A DNA stretch of 32,000 nt from Pyrobaculum aerophilum str. IM2 (lineage in GTDB: Archaea; Thermoproteota; Thermoprotei; Thermoproteales; Thermoproteaceae), in assembly GCF_000007225.1 (NCBI RefSeq), contig NC_003364.1:780001-812000 (forward strand). Direction: 5' to 3'. The notes under the pieces are model-generated. The model saw nothing but the letters and a program-made list of their open reading frames with translations. It made no database searches and was not told the DNA's origin. The position numbers and the translations under genes were made by a program. Shown here one piece after another: positions 17,675-24,754 of this stretch (position 1 is the first letter of the stretch; every line of letters starts with the position of its first letter).

Positions 17675-17900
17675 GGCCCCTGTCTCTGAACTTATACGTG
17701 AAGTATATCATTGCGCCGATGAAGATAGAGGCCACCACGCCAGCTGATATTATAACGAGAGAATATGCGCTGAAGATAATCTGGCTAATATAAGAGGCAG
17801 GCTCGAAGGGCGGTTTGCCGAAGTTTGTGAGAAAAAGCCACGTGATTAAAATTCCCAACACTATCCCCGCCGTTGCCAAAGTGTCTTTTAGAGACCACAT
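17661..17900 (-). CDS. Small two-TM membrane protein, first gene of the SoxM-type oxidase operon
   Basis: 79 aa with two hydrophobic helices, ending in YFTYKFRDRG. 14-nt overlap with the subunit II gene. TATA-like rc TATATAAATA centred about 25 nt upstream of the ATG. Confidence 0.55.
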   Translation of the reverse strand: MWSLKDTLATAGIVLGILITWLFLTNFGKPPFEPASYISQIIFSAYSLVIISAGVVASIFIGAMIYFTYKFRDRGHGEG

Positions 17901-18071
17901 GTATCCGAAATTATATTTCTATTTATATACTTTTTCTCTCTTTACCCTGTTTACAATTATTTCAATACATAGAATCGCATAAGTATATCTATAGATATTT
18001 TTATGTATATTTATATATACTTTCACACTAAGCGATGGGTTAAAGATATAAAATAGCTCTGGCCGCTCACT
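17901..18071. promoter_or_regulatory. Divergent promoter region between the two respiratory operons
   Basis: 171-nt very AT-rich spacer. TATA-like boxes lie about 25 nt from the minus-strand start at 17900 (17919-17929) and about 23 nt from the plus-strand start at 18072 (GATATAAAAT, 18045-18054). A perfect 14-bp palindrome ATATCTATAGATAT sits at 17985-17998. Confidence 0.6.
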
Positions 18072-18929
18072 ATGCGGAATTTATTCCCCTCCTTTGTGAA
18101 ATACGCCTTTATCTCCGCGCTAGCCACTAGCTTTGTAGGAGGGCTAACGGCGGGGCTGGGACAGGGATTTGACCTAGGGACGCAGTGGCCTGGGCCTGTT
18201 TTGACAATGGTTCTCTTGGCGATATCTGGCAGTTTTGAGCCTATCCACAGATTTCTTACTGTTTTAACGAGCGCCCTCTACGTGGCGGTCTTCGCCTACT
18301 CGTTGCGCATAAGGTCAAGAGTAGTTGTGGGCTTAGCCGCCCTCGCCTTGGCCTTTCTCATCGCCACGGCCCTCACCGGAAGAGCTGTGTTGTTAGTCCT
18401 GGGGGGAGAGATAAAGCCGCCCTTGGCCTTCGCCATATATCCTCTAAATAACTCCCTTGCCTTACTGACTGCGGCTACCATGGCGCTTTTGTGGTCCCTC
18501 GTGACGCCGGTGAAGACCTATTCGCATATTTTGGCATATAGAGGCGCCGCCTTCTGGGGCTTCGTGGCGTCTGTGTCGGGGGCCTATATTTTGGGCTATC
18601 ACAAGATTACAAAAACCCCGCTGTCGTACTCCATCCCCCCGGCGCTCACCGCCTCGGAAATACCTTGGATTATCCACCTCGTCGCCGCGGCGCTCAGCGT
18701 CGCGCTGGCCATTTACGCCTTTCTTAAGAGCGGGGAGAGGGACTTCTGGCACTGGGCCGCGCTCACCTCAGCTCTTGCGCAGCCTATTACCGGCGTGTTG
18801 ATGTTTGTTGGGGCTTCGAGAGACCCTTGGGCCCCGGGGCCTCAGACGGCGTTGCACGCGGCCTTCGCGCACCTCTTAGTCATCTCGGCCTTTGTCATAT
18901 ATGCCAGGGGTAGATTTGGCCGTAGGTAA
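18072..18929 (+). CDS. Putative heme A synthase (CtaA/COX15-like, Cys-less type)
   Basis: About 8 hydrophobic spans. Has an E-x-x-H-R motif (FEPIHRFLT) in an early helix and His residues in later helices (WIIHLVAAAL, LHAAFAHLLV), resembling the two-halves His pattern of CtaA. No Cys residues. Sits opposite the ctaB-containing operon. Function is an inference. Confidence 0.5.
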   Translation: MRNLFPSFVKYAFISALATSFVGGLTAGLGQGFDLGTQWPGPVLTMVLLAISGSFEPIHRFLTVLTSALYVAVFAYSLRIRSRVVVGLAALALAFLIATALTGRAVLLVLGGEIKPPLAFAIYPLNNSLALLTAATMALLWSLVTPVKTYSHILAYRGAAFWGFVASVSGAYILGYHKITKTPLSYSIPPALTASEIPWIIHLVAAALSVALAIYAFLKSGERDFWHWAALTSALAQPITGVLMFVGASRDPWAPGPQTALHAAFAHLLVISAFVIYARGRFGRR

Positions 18930-20872
18930 TGGAGTTGTACCTCCTGGCGGCAGTTGGAATTGCCGCTAACTTAGCCGCTTACTTTAAGCCGAGGCTAGCC
19001 TACATTGCCCCCGCCTCGGCGGCCCTCCCCCTGGCCTTTCTTATTTACCAAACACCCTTAGTATATGTTAACCTCTCTCCCGCGGAGGCGGCGCTTGGCA
19101 AGACGGCAGTTGCCATGTCTACAACCGCAGGCGCCGCCGCCTTCTTGGCGCTGGGATGCGCGGCTCTGTCTAAGAGGTCCAGGCAACTCAGTCTTATCTC
19201 TGCCGTTTTGTTACTAGGCGCCATCCTCGAGGGGGCCCGCCCCTACCCGCAACTAAACCCGGCGGATTACCCGTGGGCGCTGTCTCTCTCTCTTACAACG
19301 CTCGCCAGCCTCTTGCTGTCAGTATACAGCCTTTTAACCCGGCGCGTTGCCGCCGTTAAGTGGGCGTGGCTGGCCGCCTCCTTAGGCCTGTTCTTACAGA
19401 TTATGTGGAACTACACAAGGGGTAATTTGTGGAGCTGGGGCCTAGGCGAGATGGGGATGCTGGCCATGTGGATAGCAACAACTGGCGCCCTGCATTACGG
19501 CCTAAACGCCGCCGTGGCCGCGGGGGCAGGCCTCGGGGCTGTGTCGGGCATTTTGCACGGCTCCGAGTTTGGAATTGCCGCGCTCAGAGGGGCCGCCATC
19601 TTGCTAATAGCAGTAGGGCTTACGAGGAGGCCGGCTGACTTGGGGAGGGCCGTTGCAGGCATGGGAATGGCGGGGTTGGGAGCCGCCTTGTTTTTAACAA
19701 GCTGGGTCGGAGCGGCCTATGCGCTTGTCTACCCCCTGGCCTCCGCGGCGTTTACGGGCACTGCCATGATGGCGGTGTACCACGCCGGTTTGAAGCGCTG
19801 GAAGAGGGTTATGGCCATATACGGGGCTCTTATCGCAGTCAGCGCCGCTCTGTCTCTGACTTGGCGATACGCCTTTGAAAGCACGGCGGCTACAAACTTC
19901 TATGGGTATTTAGTAGCTGGCGGCGCCGCCCTGGCCATCTGGCACGTGGCCAAGTCGCAATACGGAGTTTTACACAAGGCGCTTCACTCCTCTATATTAT
20001 TTATACTGATACTGTTGTCCATAAGCGGGCCGTATATAACAGATCAGGGGTATTATAAGCTACTGGCAGTTGACTATATAGGCGCTAAGTACTATACGCT
20101 CCTAAACTGGCCCTACCCCCAGGCCATAGAAGTAGAGGCAGTCAACTTAACGCTGGACAGGAACGCCCACATCCCAATTACCCCCCTAGACTTCCCCGAC
20201 TACTCCCAATATTTGAAAAAAGTGGGAGGCCCCTTCTCTCTTAAAGGGATAAACTATACAGTGGCGGAGGTGGACGGGAAAAAGTACGTATTTACAAACG
20301 GCACAGCCCTAGTGGAAGTGAACGGCACCGCCGTGTTGTTCCCCGCGCCTCTCGACTTAGTGACCGCCTTGGGAATAGACCCGGGGCTCACGGCTAGGTT
20401 TGTTTACTGTATGCACAACGAGACTTCTGCGGCGCCCAGCGGCGTAGTGTATCGGGTAACGGTAGATGTCGACGGAACTCCCTTGACCTTAAACGCGGGG
20501 TTCAACCTCCTGAAGGCTTCGGGCGGGGGGCTGTACGCCGGCGCTGCATACGTCGGAGGCGTCTTAATCGGCTATCACGTCATGGCAGTGCCCCCAGGGG
20601 TTATTACTCCTGAAGGCGCCTTTTGGAGCGAGGCCGTTGCGAAATACGCCGAGGCCGTGCTAAACCAGTGCAACGCCCGCGTGGCATATACAGCCCTCAG
20701 CCTATTCGGGGCAAGGAATTTAACGGAAGCAGTGGCTTATATTAAAAACGCAGAGGGAATTTGGATATTAGCATTTAAGCCTATACCCCTTTTGGGTATC
20801 CTGATATTAACTATGATAATGACTCTAATAATAAGTATACTCAAAATATTAAATAATTACACAAAAGTATAA
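18929..20872 (+). CDS. Large membrane protein, divergent CcmF/CcsA-like heme-handling protein with a C-terminal extracytoplasmic domain
   Basis: 647 aa. The N-terminal ~375 aa is polytopic. WSWGLGEMGMLAMWIATTGALH (residues 168-189, nt 19430-19495) aligns without gaps to the WWD-domain core W-F-W-D-P-V-E-N-x5-W-x3-T-x3-H of CcmF as I recall it. A ~240-aa soluble domain carries six N-x-[ST] sequons, followed by a terminal TM helix. The ORF is solid; the function is tentative. Confidence 0.45.
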   Translation: MELYLLAAVGIAANLAAYFKPRLAYIAPASAALPLAFLIYQTPLVYVNLSPAEAALGKTAVAMSTTAGAAAFLALGCAALSKRSRQLSLISAVLLLGAILEGARPYPQLNPADYPWALSLSLTTLASLLLSVYSLLTRRVAAVKWAWLAASLGLFLQIMWNYTRGNLWSWGLGEMGMLAMWIATTGALHYGLNAAVAAGAGLGAVSGILHGSEFGIAALRGAAILLIAVGLTRRPADLGRAVAGMGMAGLGAALFLTSWVGAAYALVYPLASAAFTGTAMMAVYHAGLKRWKRVMAIYGALIAVSAALSLTWRYAFESTAATNFYGYLVAGGAALAIWHVAKSQYGVLHKALHSSILFILILLSISGPYITDQGYYKLLAVDYIGAKYYTLLNWPYPQAIEVEAVNLTLDRNAHIPITPLDFPDYSQYLKKVGGPFSLKGINYTVAEVDGKKYVFTNGTALVEVNGTAVLFPAPLDLVTALGIDPGLTARFVYCMHNETSAAPSGVVYRVTVDVDGTPLTLNAGFNLLKASGGGLYAGAAYVGGVLIGYHVMAVPPGVITPEGAFWSEAVAKYAEAVLNQCNARVAYTALSLFGARNLTEAVAYIKNAEGIWILAFKPIPLLGILILTMIMTLIISILKILNNYTKV

Positions 20873-20970
20873 AAAGATCTTTTGTGTTATAAAATCTGTA
20901 TAGATTGATATTCTCTGTGCTCAAAAATATGCTGATAATGCTTAAATATCTATTCCTTACTTCATGTCCC

Positions 20971-21540
20971 ATGAAGATGTTAACCGGTATAATAATAACC
21001 GCGGTAGTGATAATAGCTATAGTCGCCGCGTTAACTCTGTCGGGGCTTGGAGCGGCATCACCTGCGCCTCCCGCAACTACGCCAGCGCCGACAACGCCCT
21101 CTCCCACCGCAACGCCCACGCCAACTACGCCTACGCAAACTCCCCCGCCGCAGGAGGGTGGCGCCATTCAGTACGATCCCAATCTGGCTCAAAAGGGAAT
21201 ACAGTACTTCAAGGAAATTGGATGTACCGCATGTCACTCAATTAAATCGCTCGGCATATCCGGCGGCGCCGTCGGCCCCGATTTAAGCAAGACTTTGATC
21301 TCGCCGGCAACTAACGTGCAGGGACTGGCGAGGTTTTACAAGGAAAACGGCCTTGACAACCCCGCGGCTGATCCCCAAAAGGCCGCCCAGTTGCTGGCCC
21401 AGTATTTGACAAATACGCCTAGCTACTCCACTACCATGGTCAGCCAGACAAACACCTACAAGTCCCTATATGGAGATCAATGGGAGAAGGACTACGTCCC
21501 GGCCCTTGTGGAGATGTTGAAAATGGCGGCTACGAAGTAA
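20971..21540 (+). CDS. Membrane-anchored monoheme c-type cytochrome
   Basis: N-terminal TM helix, a Thr/Pro-rich stalk, then the heme-binding motif CTACH (EIGCTACHSIKS). I prefer the ATG at 20971 (MKMLTGIII...) because CTTAAATATC is centred about 25 nt upstream. The ORF track starts at a TTG at 20905. Confidence 0.85.
   Translation: MKMLTGIIITAVVIIAIVAALTLSGLGAASPAPPATTPAPTTPSPTATPTPTTPTQTPPPQEGGAIQYDPNLAQKGIQYFKEIGCTACHSIKSLGISGGAVGPDLSKTLISPATNVQGLARFYKENGLDNPAADPQKAAQLLAQYLTNTPSYSTTMVSQTNTYKSLYGDQWEKDYVPALVEMLKMAATK
21058..21150 (+). repeat. Low-complexity coding repeat (SPAPPATTPAPTTPSPTATPTPTTPTQTPPP stalk)
   Basis: ACN/CCN codon iterations. This bias generates the spurious antisense ORF 20841..21167 and the out-of-frame ORFs 20964..21245 and 21047..21286. 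Confidence 0.8.
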
Positions 21541-21541
21541 T

Positions 21542-22102
21542 ATGGTGGATGAGAACAGGAGGAACACCCTCAAGATTTTTTTAGGAACCACGGCGGCCTT
21601 AGGAGCCGGCATGTTGGCAACGCCGCTTGTGGCTTCTGTAATTGGGAGCAAGGCCGGCTACATCAAGCCCGAGCCCTCTGGCGCAATACCAGTTGAGATC
21701 TGTAAAGACGTTGACAGCTGTCCTAAGGACTACGGCGTGTCCCTCGATGAGCTGAGAAACGGCCCCGTCTTTAAGTTATTAAAGGTTAATACCATGGCAA
21801 TCCCCGCAGTGTTTGGCATTGTTAGAGCAAAGGACGGCAAGGAGTACCCAGTGGCGTATGTGGCAATATGCACTCACTTCGGCTGTCCCGTAAACGTCAG
21901 CGGCGGGAAGTATTTAATAGGGTTTAACTGCCCATGTCACGGCTCTATTTTCGCCATATGTAACGATCCGAACGGGTGTCCTGACTACAACGCCGCGTTT
22001 TTAGAGATGTACGTCAGCGGCGGCCCAGCGCCCCGTTCGCTTAGGGCAATAAAAGTAGCTGTTAAAGACGGCGTAGTGTATCCACTGGTGGCGTACATAT
22101 GA
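21542..22102 (+). CDS. Rieske [2Fe-2S] protein with twin-arginine signal
   Basis: NRRNTLKIFLGTTAALGAG (TAT-type signal). Rieske boxes CTHFGC and CPCHGS. Confidence 0.9.
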   Translation: MVDENRRNTLKIFLGTTAALGAGMLATPLVASVIGSKAGYIKPEPSGAIPVEICKDVDSCPKDYGVSLDELRNGPVFKLLKVNTMAIPAVFGIVRAKDGKEYPVAYVAICTHFGCPVNVSGGKYLIGFNCPCHGSIFAICNDPNGCPDYNAAFLEMYVSGGPAPRSLRAIKVAVKDGVVYPLVAYI

Positions 22103-23340
22103 GAGCGCTTGTGAGGCTCTGGGAGTTGCTACTGGAGAGATTCCACCTAAAGGAGTTTTTAGAACACCCAGTGCCTAGATATTCCAACATAAACCCGCTG
22201 TACTGGTTCGGGGACGTGGCCGCCGTGAGCTTCTTCCTCCTGGCTCTGACCGGGTTCTTCCTCGCCCTGTTGTACACGCCGGGGATGCAGGTGATTGAAA
22301 TACCCACCAGCGCCTTAATGCCCTGGGATAAGCTGTATCTCTACGGGGAGGAGGTGCCGCCTACTCTCAAGGCCACGCAGAGTTACGTCAGCGTCTATAC
22401 AATTACATACCTCACCCCCTTCGGGTTCGTGTTAAGGCAGTTCCACCTCTGGGCCGCCTATTTGATGATATTTGCCGCTTTGGTTCACTTCTTCGCCAAG
22501 TTTGTGCTGGGCTCCTATAAGAGGAAGGGAGGCGGTGCCCTCTGGCTCATCGGCGTGTTGCTGGGCTTTCTCACAATAAGCCAAGCTGTCTTAGGCTACA
22601 TCTTGCCCCTCCACCTTGACGGCATTTTAGCGCTAATGATCGGGCTGAACCTATTCCGCTATTTTGACTACATAGGGATACCGGTGGGCGGCGCTATTAT
22701 TGCGCTAATGGGCAGCAACTACCCCACTGACGCGGTGGTGAAAATTATCTACGTGGCCCATATATTAATCGTCCCGGCAATAATTTTAATACTGCTGGTG
22801 CTGAAAATACAGGGCATACTCTACGGCGGCGTCTCGCCGCCTCCTGTGAAAAACGAGGAGATTAGGCGTAAGATGGTGGAGGACAAAGAGCCCTTCTACC
22901 CCCACAGATTCGCACTAATGGTTGGACAAGTCTTCCTCCAGATATCCCTTTTGCTCTTGCTAGTGGCCTTCTTCCCGTTGCCGCTCCTAGAGCCTTGGGC
23001 GCCAGGCGAGCCGGTGCCTCCGGGCGTGAGGCCTCCGTGGCCCGTCATGTGGTACTATACATATGTCAAAATGATAGATCCCTTCATCTCTGTGGGTCTG
23101 CCCATTGTGCTAGTCCTGTTCGCCCTAGTGGTGCCCCTGCTGGATAGGAAAGGCGGCGTGTCTATATCTGAGCGCTGGTTCTGGATACTCATTGCCATAA
23201 TATACATGGCCATTATCGGATACGGAACAGTGCTTGGCTTCATAATTGAAATACCAAAGCAAATTACGCCGTTTACTCGCATTGCAGTTCCGCCTGAAAG
23301 CGCCGTTCCCTACATCACAACGCCATCCCCGATAGGGTGA
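22099..23340 (+). CDS. Cytochrome b (long form, b6 plus subunit-IV-like C-terminus)
   Basis: Polytopic protein with heme-ligand His pairs in RQFHLWAAYLMIFAALVHFF and YVAHILIVPA. ATGA-type overlap with the Rieske gene. Confidence 0.9.
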   Translation: MRALVRLWELLLERFHLKEFLEHPVPRYSNINPLYWFGDVAAVSFFLLALTGFFLALLYTPGMQVIEIPTSALMPWDKLYLYGEEVPPTLKATQSYVSVYTITYLTPFGFVLRQFHLWAAYLMIFAALVHFFAKFVLGSYKRKGGGALWLIGVLLGFLTISQAVLGYILPLHLDGILALMIGLNLFRYFDYIGIPVGGAIIALMGSNYPTDAVVKIIYVAHILIVPAIILILLVLKIQGILYGGVSPPPVKNEEIRRKMVEDKEPFYPHRFALMVGQVFLQISLLLLLVAFFPLPLLEPWAPGEPVPPGVRPPWPVMWYYTYVKMIDPFISVGLPIVLVLFALVVPLLDRKGGVSISERWFWILIAIIYMAIIGYGTVLGFIIEIPKQITPFTRIAVPPESAVPYITTPSPIG

Positions 23341-23672
23341 GTATGGAGCCGGCGGCTCTCGCCTGGATAACGGCCGGCTTCGCCGTGCCGGCGATGTTGG
23401 TAGTCTACGCCTTTCTGGGCGTCGACAGGAGGTGGGCAGTGGCCGCGGGGCTGGTGTCAGTCTTAATTCTCCTGATCCTCTTCGCCTACACCTCCAGTAT
23501 CATCATGGCGCTGTACTCCGCCGTCTCGTGGCCTCCGGACCCAGCGCTGGTGGAGAAGGGGGTGGCGTATCAGAGAGTTGCCGCTGGGCAACTGGCCGCC
23601 GCGTCGTTTATAATAGGAATGTTGGCAGTGGGCTACTACATGGAGATTAGCAAGAGGGAGGGCCATGAATAG
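23337..23672 (+). CDS. Small three-TM membrane protein, candidate bc-complex accessory subunit
   Basis: 111-aa hydrophobic ORF. GTG at 23337 overlaps the cytochrome b stop (GTGA); an alternative ATG is at 23343. Confidence 0.55.
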   Translation: MSMEPAALAWITAGFAVPAMLVVYAFLGVDRRWAVAAGLVSVLILLILFAYTSSIIMALYSAVSWPPDPALVEKGVAYQRVAAGQLAAASFIIGMLAVGYYMEISKREGHE

Positions 23673-23922
23673 GGCAACGGCCTTGTTAATATTTGGAGTA
23701 TTAGTGGCGTTGGGGATGGTCTTACTAAACTACGGCTTGATATATATACAAGATGTTTACAACTTTTTTGCCCTATCCGCCAGGGATTTGACACTCCTGC
23801 GCACTGATTACGTTGAGGCGACGTGGATGTTCCAAAGCACTATATGGACGGCGGTATTTGCCCTGTCAATAGTAGCGGTGCTGGCATATCTCTACTACCT
23901 CGCCAAGGAGGAATTCGAGTAG
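23665..23922 (+). CDS. Small two-TM membrane protein, last gene of the bc operon
   Basis: 85-aa ORF with two hydrophobic helices. 8-nt overlap with the preceding gene. Confidence 0.55.
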   Translation: MNRATALLIFGVLVALGMVLLNYGLIYIQDVYNFFALSARDLTLLRTDYVEATWMFQSTIWTAVFALSIVAVLAYLYYLAKEEFE

Positions 23923-23934
23923 TTAAAATCACAC

Positions 23935-23950
23935 TTTTTATTCCTTTTTA
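23935..23950 (+). terminator. Oligo-T tract terminator candidate after the bc operon
   Basis: TTTTTATTCCTTTTT begins 13 nt after the stop codon. Archaeal termination commonly uses oligo-T runs. Confidence 0.35.
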
Positions 23951-24069
23951 TCTACACTACTATTCACTTTTATACATTTCTCTAATTCTGTGTCTATTTG
24001 ACTAATTTAATGTCATTCTACTCATATAAATATAGAACTTTCTATAAGAATAGTTAGGGGAAATTTAGA

Positions 24070-24085
24070 ATAAAATTTAAAAAAG
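24070..24085 (+). promoter_or_regulatory. TATA-like box for the ba3 oxidase operon
   Basis: AATAAAATTTAAAAAA centred about 27 nt upstream of the ATG at 24104. Confidence 0.45.
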
Positions 24086-24103
24086 TTGAGTTTTCTATTA
24101 GCC

Positions 24104-24229
24104 ATGGCCTCTAAAAAGGAATTTGAGGCAAAAGGCACTTTGACAGTGATGTTAATATACGCTTCGATTTTCGCAATTCTTTGGTTTGTAATATACGCCA
24201 TAACTCTGGCAAGAGGCATTGTGGGATAG
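24104..24229 (+). CDS. cbaD: ba3-type oxidase subunit IIa (single-TM, 41 aa)
   Basis: Not in the ORF track (below the size cutoff). Product: MASKKEFEAKGTLTVMLIYASIFAILWFVIYAITLARGIVG. It aligns without gaps to Thermus thermophilus ba3 subunit IIa as I recall it (MEEKPKGALAVILVLTLTILVFWLGVYAVFFARG), with identities K,G,L,V,L,W,Y,A,A,R,G. The stop lies 3 nt before the subunit II ATG. Confidence 0.7.
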   Translation: MASKKEFEAKGTLTVMLIYASIFAILWFVIYAITLARGIVG

Positions 24230-24232
24230 GCT

Positions 24233-24709
24233 ATGCCCTTCCACGGAGAGGAGAAAATCTGGGTGGGAGTTGTGGCGGCCATGACTATTATTTTCCTGGG
24301 GGCATTAGCCTACGCCGCGTGGGTTATCGGCTTGCAAGTCCCCGGCGGCGACGTCCAGCTCGTTGATCCGCAGAAGGCTCTGACAGAGCTGAGGCCCGGG
24401 GTTAGAGAGATCGCCCCCGGCAGATACGAGGTGACAGTAGTGGGGAGGATGTGGCAGTGGTTCCCCAGGAACATCACCTTAGTGGATCCAGTTGAGGTAA
24501 AGTTTAGATTAACTGCACTTGATGTTATTCACGGCTTTCAAATCGTGGGGACGAATGTAAACGTAATGGTGTTTCCGGGATACGTCGCTGAGATTACATG
24601 GAAAGTGCCGCCAGACGCCAAGGGCACTTACCTCGTTATCTGCAACGAGTACTGCGGCTTGGGCCACCACGAAATGTACGGATTTGTAAATATTATACGT
24701 ACAAAATAA
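24233..24709 (+). CDS. cbaB: ba3-type (B-family) oxidase subunit II, CuA
   Basis: One TM helix plus a cupredoxin domain. CuA ligands VIHGF ... CNEYCGLGHHEM. 158 aa, as in B-family subunit II. Confidence 0.9.
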   Translation: MPFHGEEKIWVGVVAAMTIIFLGALAYAAWVIGLQVPGGDVQLVDPQKALTELRPGVREIAPGRYEVTVVGRMWQWFPRNITLVDPVEVKFRLTALDVIHGFQIVGTNVNVMVFPGYVAEITWKVPPDAKGTYLVICNEYCGLGHHEMYGFVNIIRTK

Positions 24710-24754
24710 GTAAAGAAGAGAAAAATTTTTAAATTATTTTTCTTTTTTCTATAC

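Noticed and set aside
152-18752. Numerous antisense or out-of-frame ORFs inside strong genes. Examples: 152..379, 279..503, 813..1181, 1514..1762, 7611..8084, 9424..10207 series, 14950..15168, 16222..17025, 18296..18752.
   Set aside because: Each overlaps a gene with clear family motifs in another frame or strand. Their products are Arg/Pro/Ser/Ala-rich, as expected from GC-rich antisense reading.
18929-20872. Considered whether the 647-aa ORF could be the missing NosZ, given its similar length.
   Set aside because: It is polytopic for about 375 residues, lacks any CuA C-x-x-x-C-x-x-x-H-x-x-M cupredoxin motif, and has no His-rich propeller pattern. It fits a CcmF-like membrane protein far better.
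20841-21167. 108-aa minus-strand ORF, plus the plus-strand ORFs 20964..21245 and 21047..21286.
   Set aside because: All are shadows of the Thr/Pro-repeat region of the cytochrome c gene. Their products are low-complexity (GVGV..., RRQRP...) with no independent support.
23457-23506. C/D-box sRNA-like pattern on the minus strand: canonical C box ATGATGA (rc of 23500-23506) and CTGA (rc of 23457-23460) exactly 50 nt apart.
   Set aside because: The internal D' and C' boxes are poor (AGGC; GGATCA). There is no terminal stem. The element lies antisense inside a coding region. A single ATGATGA with a CTGA about 50 nt away is plausible by chance in 64 kb of two-strand sequence. It is only worth checking against small-RNA data.
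24022-24282. 86-aa minus-strand ORF spanning the spacer upstream of cbaB.
   Set aside because: It is antisense to the better-supported 41-codon subunit IIa gene and to the cbaB start. It has no promoter geometry and a nondescript sequence.
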